From Anthoceros angustus (taxonomy: Eukaryota > Plantae > Anthocerotophyta): 64,000 bases of DNA. The translations under genes and the position numbers were made by a program. The DNA lies in assembly GCA_010909165.1 (NCBI GenBank), contig MU008160.1:62001-126000 (forward strand), read 5' to 3'. This document shows positions 26,375-39,069 of the stretch, piece by piece. Position 1 is the first letter of the stretch, and each line of letters starts with the position of its first letter. The notes beneath the pieces were generated by a model. The model had not been told where the DNA came from. It saw only the letters and a list, made by a program, of their open reading frames with translations, and searched no databases.

Positions 26375-28870
26375 GTTATGTGCAATGAAGTCGCGTCGTG
26401 GCGTGGGTACTAAGTCGGCTCGGCAAACCACACTTACCAACCATTTCTTTGCAAGGAGTCTACCAAGGTGACTTGTCGACGACTTGACTACCAATGTTGC
26501 GCACACATGCATTTATATGGAGGACGTGAGTGGAAAGTGCACCGATCGTGTCATGTCGATTCATTTGTGCTATCACCACTGTTAACCCGGCAAATGCACA
26601 TTTGCACGCAGCATCGGCTTATGTAGAAGAACCCTCCCGATACTTGAGGCCTGCAGCGGACTCCCAGAAAAGGGCGAGGAGGCTTGCTCTTTTGAACCCT
26701 CCGCCACCTCTGCCTCGCCATCCTCCGCAAGGTTAGTGTGTTATGGGGCTTGAGTGAAGAGTCCGTTATAGCACATTGTGGGAAGTCAGTAGTGGATGTC
26801 ACTTGTGCAGGGGAAAGACGCCGACGTCGGGAATTGTCTTCGCCAAGTATGCCGCATGGTGTTCCGATGACGCCAAGAAACCTGAACTTGTATGCAGCCA
26901 TAGACGGCAGCCTCCAAATGAGGAGAGTTGGGGTTGAAGGGCGCTGATGTTCGCATGATTGCCGCCGTGGCTTGTTCATGGCGATGGGTATGGGTAGGCA
27001 AAACATACCGGTCCCGAGGAGCTAGACGGTCGTCCGATAGAGGTCCCATCGAGCGATTTACTTCCAATCACCTCCGGAGGATGATGTGCAAAGATCGTTT
27101 CACGAAACCTTTGAGCGAGACATTGCAGACGCCAAAGGACTCGTCTGCGTTATGTGCAATGAAGTCGCGTCGTGGCGTGGGTACTAAGTCGGGCTCGACG
27201 CAAACCACACTTACCAACCATTTCTTTGCAAGGAGTCTACCAGCGGACTTGTCGGCGACTTGACTACCAATGTTGCGCGCGACACACACGATATGGAGGA
27301 CGTGAGTGGAAAGTGCACCGGTGTCATGTCGATTCATTTGTGCTATCACCAGTGCATAACCCAAATGCACATTTGCACGCATCGGCTTATGTAGAAGAAC
27401 CCTCCGATACTTGAGGCTGGCGGACTCCCGAAAAGGCGAGGAGGCTTGATCTTTTGAACCCTCCGCCACCTCCGCCTCGCCATCCTCCTCCAAGGTTAGT
27501 GTGTTAAGGGGCTTGGTGAAGAGTCCGTTATAGCACATTGTAGAATCGAGTGGATGTCACTTGTGCGGGGAAAGACGCCGACGTCGGAATTGTCTTCGCC
27601 AAGTATGCCGCATGGTGTTCCGATGGCGCCAAGAAATCTTGTATGCAGCCATAGACGGCAGCCTCCAAATGAGGAGAGTTGGGGTTGAAGGGGCCTGATG
27701 TTCGCATGATTGCCGCCGTGGCTTGTTCATGGCGATGGGTATGGGTAGGCAAAACATACCGGTCCCGAGGAGCTAGGCGTCCGATAGAGGTCCCATCGAG
27801 CGACGACTTCCAATCACCTCCGGAGGATGATGTGCGAAGATCATTTCACCTGAAACCTTTGAGCGAGACATTGTAGACGTCGAAGGACTCGTCTGCATTA
27901 TGTCAGCAAAGACGGGGAGCCGGCGTGTCGTTGAGGAAGAGTGAAGTGGACATTGTATCAGCTGACTACCGAAAACCTTGTTGCAATCGATGTGCTTGCG
28001 TGTGAAAGAAAGATTTCGTGAGCGCGTATAGATTCATAAGAATGTGCATAAGAGCGAGACATTCCTTCGCCTCTAGTCCATCGCGACACACCGACGATAT
28101 GGAGGACGTGAGTGGAAAGTGCACCCGATGTCATGTCGATTCATTTGTGCTATCACCGGTGCACAAGCAAATGCACATTTGCACGCATCGGCTTATGTAG
28201 AAGAACCCTCCGATACTTGAGGCTGTGCGGACTCCCGGAAAAGGCGAGGAGGCTTGATCTTTTGAACCCTCCGCCACCTCGCCTCGCCATCCTCCGCAAG
28301 GTTAGTGTGTTAAGGGGCTTGGTGAAGAGTCCGTTATAGCACATTGTGGGAATCGAGTGGATGTCACTTGTGCGGAAAGACGCCGACGGAATTGTCTTCG
28401 CCAAGTATGCATGGTGTTCCGATGGCGCCAAGAAATCAACTTGTATGCGACCATAGGCGGCGCCCTCCGTGAGGAGAGTTGGGGTTGAAGGGCGCTGATG
28501 TTCGCATGATTGCCGTGGCTTGTTCATGGCGATGGGTATGGGTAGGCAAAACATACCGGTCCCGAGGAGCTAGGCGGTCGTCCGATAGAGGTCCCATCGA
28601 GCGACGACTTCCAATCACCTCCGGAGGATGATGTGCAAAGATCGTTTCACCGAAACCTTTGAGCGAGACATTGCGTCAAAGGACTCGTCTGCGTTATGTC
28701 AAGACGGGCAGCGTGTCGTTGAGGAAGAGTGAAGTGGACATTGTCGGTGACTAAAACCTTGTTGCAATCGGATGTGCTTGCAGTGTGAAAGAAAGATTTC
28801 GGGAGCGGTATAGATTCATAAGAATGTGCGAGACAGAGCGGGACATTCCTTCATCTCTAGTCCATCGCGA
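26375..28870. repeat. Three imperfect tandem copies (~770-900 bp) inside the transposon
   Basis: GGAGGACGTGAGTGGAAAGTGCACC recurs at ~26519, ~27295 and ~28101; the peptide WRWVWVGKTYRSRG recurs. Confidence 0.9.
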
Positions 28871-31503
28871 CCGAGGGACCAATGATAAAGGAAAAGTTGT
28901 CACTCATGTTATGGGAGTGTTCCGACACGATGTTGTCTCAAGGCTTTCAAGGGTTTATTGTGTGGGACACATCCGATGAGGAGTTGAAGGCTAGAGTTCT
29001 TCGAACTCACCGTGGATGGTTTCGAACAAACCCCATGAGCCTCGCATGCGCTAGGGGCCATAGCTTGGATGGACAAGACTTTTATGTACATGGTGAGAGG
29101 CTCCCAAATGTGGAGGTTTTCAATCTTCCCGACACGCATACAAAATTAGAAATATGGTTGCTATACAAACGAGAGTGCGAAGGTCGTGGCTCGGATATGT
29201 CACCTACGCGTGGTTCTTAAAGCTATGGAAATGCAACTACAGGTGAAGATCCCAAAGTCAAACCGGTTCTCGACATGCTCGCTCAGTGGATTGAAGACAA
29301 CTATACGGAACTCAACACGAAGGTCGATCAAGGTCGGGCACTCTTGTTCCTCCGCATGCTGTCCTTTCTAACCTTTTTGTGTGAACTACTGCGGTTTGTC
29401 GTGGCCGACCGGGTCCTAGGTGTCGGTGCCGCATCGCTTGGAGGTTTGGGCCCATCGATGGATGGAGGTTTGGTTAAGCGGTCGGCGCCCCTTATATCAC
29501 AAGAGAGTGGCGGCCGCCCCTCTTCGCTTCACGAGGGCGTCCGACCTGCGGATGGTTAGTTGCCTGCACTCCCTCCCCTCCCCGCCTCCTCCTCCTCCTC
29601 CATTGGGTGGGCCGGCCGCCCACCCAATGTCATGACTAGTGGCGCCGGCCACCGGCACCACCAGTGAGGGTGCGGCCGGCGCCCCTATGTCCTGTACAGG
29701 AAACCCTTGGGTGGAACTCCATAAGCACCTTGGCTCCCACCTACACCAAAATCCGGCCCTCATGTGAAGTATATGTGTAATGATAAATGAGAGGGCATGA
29801 CTAGAGTGTTTGCAAAGAATGGATTTTGAAACTGACTCAAGTTCTTGTTTTGTAATGAATATCAAATCGCTACTGACGACATCGTGCGCCCGCACGAGGA
29901 ACGGAAAGATGGCCAAACACAGGAGCAAAAGTTCTGAGATCCGCATAAGTACATATTACATCTATAGATGGGATGGACGAAGAAAACCGAGGTACCACAC
30001 TTTTGAGGTGGTCAAGAACTGGATGAGGAGTCCCGCATCTCCATCACGTAGTTGGGTGTATGATTCACAACTACACGTAAAACGAGGGCCTTCTTGCATT
30101 ACGCAAATTTGAGAAATGACGCCAATTTTGACTATCATCATACACGTGATGTGATACACAACTACGAGGAGTATTACCGAAGGTTTTATACTTGCAATTG
30201 GACAACACTTGTCGGAGAACAAGAATCAACTTCTTTTGCATATCCGAACATGTTAGTGGATATGGGAACTTTTGAGAAAGTAAAGGTGGGGTTTCTTCTC
30301 GTTGGACATACTCATGATCAAATTGACCAAATGTTTTCATGTTTTCAAAGAGCTTGAAACAGGGAAGCTCATACTCTCCCGCATTGGCGGCAATTTTGAA
30401 AGAGGCGTACACTCCAACACGAGGTGAAGGTATTAACGGAGGTTCGGACTTCCGCTCCTATGTTTGGCCGTTCGACAAGGGGATGGACGCCAAGCATACG
30501 AGTATGTGCGAAATTGAACAACCTGTCATTCCAAAGACAAAAAATTACAAGAGAAGAAAACTCGACCGTGGCCTTGTGATCATTAGAAGCAAACAATATT
30601 CGACATCGCCACAATGGGAAACGGAAGCGGTTTGGAGTTTTTGAAGTTTGTCCCATCCACGTAACGCCGCGACGGTGACATCCCTTCGTGCCGTGATAAG
30701 AAAGGCACATCGTCGGGGTTATCCCCAACCGAGGTGTGGCTCACTTGAAGGAGGGCCTCTCGGCTTAGACCATATGTCACCGCAGAGGAATATAAATGGT
30801 GGGAAGAATTTTGGGTGGACCAAGAGGAGATCGTTATTGTGGAGAATAATATAGGGCTCGCACTCCAAGACGCATGGAAGTGGTTTTCGCGTGAAGTTGA
30901 AGAAAACGAGGTTCTTCACGTGCACGATGAGGCGTTGCTAGAGGAGGCTTTACTCGGGGACCTTCCCCAACGGGATATGTACCTTGGTGCATATCAAACC
31001 GTGTTAGACAAGAACAAGAAAACCGGTTGAATGGTGACATTTCGGAAATAAGGAAAGACATGTTCATTGCGTCCCTGCACCACGAGCAGGCCGTTTTGGA
31101 TTGGCGGTCATTGATGTTCACTTAGATGCACGGATCCTCACTTTGTCGTTCATTGGTACATGAGCACATGCGTATGAAGGAAGGTATGTTGAAGAATTTA
31201 TAATCCGACATGAAGGGACCCAGTGTGACGAAAGGGGGAAAAAGGAGGAAAGCTAATTTGCCCAAAAACGTACAAAAGGTTTTTGTGAACAAAACGGTGA
31301 TCTTATATTATGGTTTCAACTTGAATGCTCGCAAACATTTATATGCTGTGGACAAGAAGGCGATCAAACAAAAATTAAATGAATTGCGCGGCTTCATACA
31401 GACCGCTAGCCAAAGTGGCCCAGAAGATAGTGAAGATAGTGGTGGTGATGCAGAACCTTGCGATGATGACGGCGCGAATTCAGAAGACGACTGGAGTACA
31501 TGA
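28850..31503 (+). pseudogene. Sola1-like (DUF7869-type) DDD transposase, frameshifted, with a probable intron at ~29330-29760
   Basis: FNLPDTHTKLEIWLLY, WFLKLWK, VKIPKSNRFSTC, IDGMD (~29965), LPKVLYLQLDNTCR-NKNQ (~30175-30230), FEKVKVGFLLVGHTHDQIDQMFS (30270-30340), acidic tail ending at 31503. Confidence 0.75.
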
Positions 31504-32382
31504 ACATCTGTGCCAAGGTGTTTTGTCTTATGTGGACACGATTTTTCTTCCCTTCCTCTCCATAAGTTTCAATAGATTCTCCAAATTACATTGTCCGTGG
31601 AAGGCTATTTTTCCCACCCGCACTTAACGAGAAAACCGTTGTCTTCCGCCAAGTTTTGTCATTATTATGCAGTTACAAAGACCAGCGTGGAAACCAGCCT
31701 TCCTAAGCATAGCGACAAATCCATACGACGAGACATCGACAGAAGATGGTGTTCATGTGCAAGACGCATTGCAGACGAAGCGTTAACCAAACCAGAACGT
31801 TGTTTGTATGTCCATAGGCCAGTCCTCACTGACCTGTCTCAGTGTATGACTTCTCTGCATGTTACGGTTCACCCCAGCAAGTGGGGAATACTATTTCTCT
31901 TCCGCGTGTACAATGGGGGCCACAATTACACACGGTCAAAGGGTGTCCATGGACGAGGAGTGAAGAGGGCGGTCGGCCGCTACTGTAACAAGACATTAGA
32001 ATTGTGTTTTCCGAGCAGGGCGACATTGACCCTCGACCATTGTACTAACGGCGAGAGTTGTACTTAATGGAAAAGGACCCGCGCACCATGTTTTTCGAGT
32101 TGCGGGTTTTGCTCATCGGTCTTCATCATCACCGCACAAGCGGTCGTCCCATCCGGGTCCGAAATGGAGCCAAATGGATGTATGAGGGGTTATCAAAACC
32201 CTTTGCCTCCTACATCGATACACGAAATTTGTGTGCAGCGGATGAACACCCTATTTTTCCGAGGCATTTTGGACCACACGATTCAAAACCCTAAATGGAG
32301 ACCCATTGGAAACCCTCATTGCCGAATAAAAGGCAGAAAACCCCCATGGTGCATATTAACCTCCTTACAGAATTACCATGTT

Positions 32383-35300
32383 CTTGGAATTGAGCTTCTG
32401 CCGCAAGGCCAAAGCAAGGTAGCCGCAAATACGGAGATGACTAAGGTCAGGCTTATGGGCAGTCCATGCTTCACAAGGGGTCTTCCCGTCAACAACCTTA
32501 GTGGGTGCGATTGAGAAGATAACTAGCTGTATTCAAAGCCTCAGCCCAAAAACGGTTAGAAAGAGAAGCATGGTGCAACTTAGATCGGCCCATCTCCACT
32601 TGAGTGCGGTGGCGGCGCTCAGCAACCTCGTTCTGCTCGGGGGTATAAGGCACAATAGTTTGACAGATGATCCCATATAGCTTAAGTAGGAGTGCTGCCA
32701 AAGCGGTGGAGTTGAACTCCCCCGCCATCGCTCAAGGATCTAGAGCTTGCGATCAAGTTGAATTTCCACCTCTAATTGCCAAGAGACAAAGCTGGAGAAA
32801 GTGCCGGACTTGGGCAACAAAAATATACCCAACAATGAAGCCAACTTGGTAGAGAGACCCTTGGAGAGAGGGTGTTTGCATAGGGCCTAGCAAATCGGTG
32901 TGGACTAGACCAAGGGGTGAGGTCTTCTATGGGAGCCGATGTGGAACGGCTTACACCATCGCTGCCAAAAGCACAGTGCAACAAAGAAAGGTTTTAGATA
33001 GATTTGAGAGGGACACCCAAAATGTAACCATCTTGAGCCAAAGCCTTCATCCGTTGTATCCGGCATGATCCAAACCGCCATAGATGCGCTAATGGGAGGA
33101 CACCAAGGTGAGAAGGAGGAGGTGAGTGCCCACGCCTCCCTCCCCAACCAGCCTTCCTAAGCATAGCGACAAATCCATACGACGAGACATCGGTTTGGAA
33201 CCGCCTTGTCACTTAAGTGGGGAGGCGGGTGACCCCCCCGATGGGCGGCCGGGGGCCAAATTCGCCCATGAGCCGGCGAGCCAGGTGCCCAACTTAGCAC
33301 CGTCGCGCCACCGTCTTGATTCGCCACTGCGGCGCCGGTTCGCCACCGTCGCGGTTCGCCACCGTCGCGCCGGTTTGCCACCGTCGCCGGTTTGCCACCG
33401 TCTTGATTCGCCACCGTCTTGATTCGCCACCGTCGCGGTTACCGTCGCCGGTTCGCCACCGTCGCGGTTCGCCACCGTCTTGTTGGTTTGCCACCGTCGC
33501 CGGTTATCGCCGTCGCCGGTTTGCCACCGTCGGCGTTCGCCACCGTCTTGATTCGCCACCGTCGCGGTTCGCCACCGTCGCGGTTCGCCACCGTCTTGGC
33601 GGCATGCTCACGCCACGGAGATGGGCGTCAGCCCACGCTTGCGATCAAGTTGAATTTCCACCTCTAATTGCCAAGAGACAAAGCTGGAGAAAGTGTGGGA
33701 CTTGGGCAACAAAAATATACCCAACAATGAAGCCAACTTGGTAGAGACCCTTGGAGAGGGTGTTTGCATAGGGCCTAGCAAATCGGTGTGGACTAGACCA
33801 AGGGGTGAGGTCTTCTATGGGGCCAGCGAGGCAGCTTACACACTCGCTTGCCAAAAGCACAGTGCAACAAAGAAAGGTTTTAGATAGATTTGAGAGGACA
33901 CCCAAAATGTAACCATCTTGAGCCAAAGCCTTCATCCGTTGTATCCGGCATGATCCGGCCTAAGGTGCCATAGATACGCTAATGGGAGGACACCAAGGTG
34001 AGAAGGAGGAGGTGAGTGCCACGCCTCCCCAACCAGCTCAAAGCCCGGTGGGGGCGTCGCGCCACGCAGGCGCATCGTTTGGAACCGGCCTTGTCACTTA
34101 AGTGGGGAGGCGGGTGACCCCCCCGATGGGCGGCCGGGGGCCAAATTCGCCCATGAGCCGGCGAGCCAGGTGCCCAACTTAGCACCGTCGCGCCACCGTC
34201 TTGATTCGCCACTGCGGCGCCGGTTCGCCACCGTCGCGGTTCGCCACCGTCGCGCCGGTTTGCCACCGTCGCCGGTTTGCCACCGTCTTGATTCGCCACC
34301 GTCGCGGTTACCGTCGCGGTTCGCCATCGTCGCCGGTTCGCCACCGTCGCGGTTCGCCACCGTCTTGTTGGTTTGCCACCGTCGCCGGTTATCGCCGTCG
34401 CCGGTTTGCCACCGTCGGCGTTCGCCACCGTCGCGGTTCGCCACCGTCGCGGTTCGCCACCGTCGCGGTTCGCCACCGTCTTGGCGGCATGCTCACGCCA
34501 CGGAGATGGGCGTCAGCCCACGCTTGCGATCAAGTTGAATTTCCACCTCTAATTGCCAAGAGACAAAGCTGGAGAAAGTGTGGGACTTGGGCAACAAAAA
34601 TATACCCAACAATGAAGCCAACTTGGTAGAGACCCTTGGAGAGGGTGTTTGCATAGGGCCTAGCAAATCGGTGTGGACTAGACCAAGGGGTGAGGTCTTC
34701 TATGGGGCCAGCGAGGCAGCTTACACACTCGCTTGCCAAAAGCACAGTGCAACAAAGAAAGGTTTTAGATAGATTTGAGAGGACACCCAAAATGTAACCA
34801 TCTTGAGCCAAAGCCTTCATCCGTTGTATCCGGCATGATCCGGCCTAAGGTGCCATAGATACGCTAATGGGAGGACACCAAGGTGAGAAGGAGGAGGTGA
34901 GTGCCCGCCTCCCTCCCCAACCAGCTCAAAGCCCGGTGGGGGCGTCGCGCCACGCAGGCGCATCGTTTGGAACCGGCCTTGTCACTTAAGTGGGGAGGCG
35001 GGTGACCCCCCCGATGGGCGGCCGGGGGCCAAATTCGCCCATGAGCCGGCGAGCCAGGTGCCCAACTTAGCACCGTCGCGCCACCGTCTTGATTCGCCAC
35101 TGCGGCGCCGGTTCGCCACCGTCGCGGTTCGCCACCGTCGCGCCGGTTTGCCACCGTCGCCGGTTTGCCACCGTCTTGATTCGCCACCGTCGCGGTTACC
35201 GTCGCGGTTCGCCATCGTCGCCGGTTCGCCACCGTCGCGGTTCGCCACCGTCTTGTTGGTTTGCCACCGTCGCCGGTTATCGCCGTCGCCGGTTTGCCAC

Positions 35301-37600
35301 CGTCGGCGTTCGCCACCGTCGCGGTTCGCCACCGTCGCGGTTCGCCACCGTCGCGGTTCGCCACCGTCTTGGCGGCATGCTCACGCCACGGAGATGGGCG
35401 TCGGGCCTCACGCTTGCGCGACACAAACACCAGGTGAATCCACCAAAGCCTATGAAAATGCGTTGGTCCATGCGAGGTTAAAATCACGCAAAGATTTAAT
35501 GGAGAATGTGGCGGTGCGTCGACTCAATTGATCCTCGAACGATCCATGCTCGAGTATATCGGGGATAATTGCGGAAGACTTGGATCTTGACTTGGTGGCT
35601 CCCTTCTCCTCCACGCATAAGAGGTATCTCACCCCACGATTCACCTCCCCTACGGATGGACCTCCAAAGACTTGACTCGACTAGGGAGCGGACCCTTAGC
35701 AGGAAGGCACTTGAGAACCTTGAACAAACTCGGACTTCTAATAGGCAGGCTACCGGTGTGGCCACATCTAGTCTTGGTTTTGCATTCTACCTCAGAAATA
35801 TTGGAGCCTACCACACTCGCTTTGTCGGGCCACAAACAGCCAAATGAAAGAAGGCCGTTGATGATGAGTTTCCGTCATTGCAAGATAACAAGATATGGCA
35901 TCTCTGCGATTTGCCACCGTCGCGGTTCGCCACCGTCGGCGGCAAGTGGACTTTCAAGATCAAGTTACATTGACACCATTGACCATTACAAGGCAAGATT
36001 TGTGCCACAAGGTTACACTCAACACGCAGGGGACGACTATGATGCAGACAATCATTTCTCCCATATCGTCCAGACTTGTTCACTACGTGTTGTTCTTGCT
36101 TGTGCTACTTTTCATGATTGGGAGGTGGTACAGCTTGATGTCAAGACAGCATTTCTATATGGGAAGGTGCAAGAGGAGATATACATGCGTCAACCCGAAG
36201 GTTATGAGGAAAAAGAAAGTGAAAATCTCGTGTGTTTTTTGCGGTAGCATTTATGGCCTCAAGCAATCACTCATAATAGGAATGTCTCGTGGGCGACTTC
36301 CTCTTGCAATTGGCATGTGGATTCTCCAAGTGCCCATCCGACTCGTAATGTACGTTCTCGGTGGGGATGCTCTTGTTATCCTCACCTTATACATGGATGA
36401 TCCCATATAGCCGGCGTGAGTGCCAAAAGCGGTGGAGTTGAACTCCCCCGCCATCGCTCCGAAGGATCTAGAGCTTGCGATCAGTTGAATTTCCACCTCT
36501 AATTGCCAAGAGACAAAGCTGGAGAAAGTGTGGACTTGGGCAACAAAAATATACCCAACAATGAAGCCAACTTGGTAGAGACCCTTGGAGAGAGGGTGTT
36601 TGCATAGGGCCTAGCAAATCGGTGTGGACTAGACCAAGGGGTGAGGTCTTCTATGGGAGCCAGGAGGGCCACACTCTCTTGCCAAAAGCACAGTGCAACA
36701 AAAAAAGGTTTTAGATAGATTTGAGAGGGACACCCAAAATGTAACCATCTTGAGCCAAAGCCTTCATCCGTTGTATCCGGCATGATCCGGCCTAAGGTGC
36801 CATAGATGCGCTAATGGGAGGACACCAAGGTGAGAAGGAGGAGGTGAGTGCCCGCCTCCCTCCCCAACCAGCTCAAAGCCCGGTGGGGGCGTCGCGCCAC
36901 CGTCTTGGTTGGAACCGCCTTGTCACTTAAGTGGGGAGGCGGGTGACCCCCGATGGAAGCCCGGGGGCCATTCGCCTTGAGCCGGCGAGCCAGGTGCCCA
37001 ACTTAGCACCGTCGCGGTTCGCCACCGTCGATTCGCCACTGCGGCGCCGGTTTGCCACCGTCTTGATTCGCCACCGTCTTGATTCGCCACCGTCTTGATT
37101 CGCCACCGTCGCGGTTATACCGTCGATTCGCCACCGTGCGCCGGTTCGCCACCGTGCGCCGGTTCGCCATCGTGCGCCGGTTTGCCACCGTCGCGGTTCG
37201 CCACCGTCTTGGTTTGCCACCGTCGCGGTTCGCCACCGTCTTGATTCGCCACTGCGGCGCCGGTTTGCCACCGTCGCGGGCATGGCGGCGTCTGGCGGCA
37301 TGCTCCACGCCCTGGAGATGGGCGTCAGGCCTCCACGCTTGCGCGACACACAAACACCAGCGAATCCACCAAAAGCCTATGAAAAATGCGTTGGTCCGGC
37401 TGCGAGGTTAAAATCACTTGGTGCGGCAGCATTTAATGGAGAATGTGGCGGTGCGTCTGACTCCAATTGATCCTCGAACGATCCATGCTCGAGTATATCG
37501 GGGGATAATTGCGGAAGACTTGGATCTTGACTTCGGTGGCTCCCTTCTCCTCCCTGCATAAGAGGTATCTCACCCCCCTGATTCACCTCCCCCTACAGAT
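32383..37600 (-). mobile_element. Copia integrase and pre-integrase remnants in four tandem partial copies, interleaved with a GC-rich minisatellite and one truncated + strand RT (35800-36400)
   Basis: ORF 32498-32728 GIICQTIVPYTPEQNEVAERRHRT..FWAEALNTASYLLNR; ~885-bp periodicity (33645/34530); ORF 35672-36247 QLDVKTAFLYGKVQEEIYMRQPEG. Confidence 0.88.
33300..37280. repeat. Four blocks of a ~16-bp GC-rich minisatellite (CGCCACCGTCGCGGTT and variants)
   Basis: Blocks at ~33300-33597, 34185-34482, 35072-35370 and 37008-37278. Degenerate versions at ~3260-3400 and ~4500-4600. Confidence 0.9.
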
Positions 37601-39069
37601 GGACCTCCAAAGACTTGCACTCGACTAGAGTGGACCCTTAGCGAGGAAGGCACTTGAGAACCTTGAACAAACTCGGCGGACTTCTAATAGGCAGGCTACC
37701 GGTGTGGCCACATCTAGTCTGTTTTGCATTCTACCTTAGAAATATTGGAGCCTACCACACTCGCATTGCTTTTGCGGGCCACAAACAGCCAAATGAAAGG
37801 CCGTTGATGATGAGTTTCCGTCATTGCAAGATAACAAGATATGGCATCTCTGCGATTTGCCACCGGCGTCCGATCGGCAAGTGGACTTTCAAGATCAAGT
37901 ACGACCGAGCACCATTGACCATTACAAGGCAAGATTTGTGCCACAAGGTTACACTCAACACGCGAGGGCGACTATGATGCGAGACAATCATTTCTCCCAT
38001 ATCGTCCGGACTTGTTCACTACGTGTTGTTCTTGCTTGCTACTTTTCATGATTGGGAGGTGGCGACATGTCAAGACATTTCTATATGGGAAGGTGCAAGA
38101 GGAGATATACATGCGTCAACCCGAAGGTTATGAGGAAAAAGAAAGTGAAAATCTCGTGTGTTTGCTGCGCAGGCATTTATGGCCTCAAGCAATCGTGAAT
38201 AGGAGCGTCTCGTGGGCGACTTCCTCTTGCAATTGGCATGTGGATTCTCCAAGTGCCCATCCGATGATAATGTGTCGTTCTCGGTGGGGATGCTCTTGTT
38301 ATCCTCACCTTATACATGGATGAGTGAATCCTTGCTAGCCATGATGAGCAAGGGTTGCTCGCTAAGACCATCATCATGCTCAAGTCTAAATTCAGCATGG
38401 TTGACTTGGGTAATATTCATTATTGCATTGGGATGAAGGTCACTCGTGACCGCGCACTTAGAACCTTGCATCTCACTCAAATGCAGTATATTAAGGACAC
38501 ACTAACTCGCTTCAATATGCTACAATGCAAACCAGCACCTACCCCGCTCGCCGTCGGGCACCTTGTCCTCGACGGTCCAAGACCGATCTGGGCAAGTACA
38601 TGGAGGCCATCCCATCAAGAAGCGGTTAGGCGCATTAATTAGATTTGCACCATTATCCGTCACGATATCGGGCATGCGGTTCGTGTACTTGCTCAGCATT
38701 GGCAAACCTATGACCGTACATTGGTCCCTTAAGCACACTTTGCGCTACCTTAAGAGGACTATGGCGTATGGACTCAAATACCATGGATCTCATGTCGAAA
38801 TGCAACTCCAGCCTCCTTCCCTCAACTTTCAGCCTATATCGGCGTGGATTGGGGAGGCGTGGACTCCAAGAAATCCACATCAAGATATGTTGGCCATGCG
38901 CATGAGGATGTTGAAGATAGCCCTCCACTAATCGACAAGGTTCATAACCTCTGGACGACATTCCCAAAGAAGATTGGTTTTGTGCACAATGCGCTACATG
39001 AGGTGCGTACGTGTGTAGTCCTATTAATGATAATGTTTTGACTAAGAGTCTCGCATTATCAGAGGGGGA
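37600..39069 (+). mobile_element. Ty1/copia RT/RNase H remnant (copy 2) ending at a putative polypurine tract
   Basis: IGKWTFKIKY, KARFVPQGYTQ, EEIYMRQPEGYEE, KSKFSMVDLGNIHYCIGMKVTRDR..FNMLQCKPAPTP; AGAGGGGGA at 39061-39069 shortly before a TG. Confidence 0.88.

Larger units (their letters stand above)
20761..32382 (+). mobile_element. 11.6-kb TIR DNA transposon (Sola1-like DDD transposase) inserted in the copia SH3 region
   Basis: TIR AACATGGTAATT (20761-20772) / AATTACCATGTT (32371-32382). CTTG duplicated at 20757-20760 and 32383-32386. Single CTTG at the empty paralogous site 2368-2371. Confidence 0.88.

Noticed and set aside
33126-37411. Many Arg/Pro-rich ORFs (TVANRDGG, RFATVAVRH)
   Set aside because: They are translations of a stop-poor GC-rich minisatellite in all frames.
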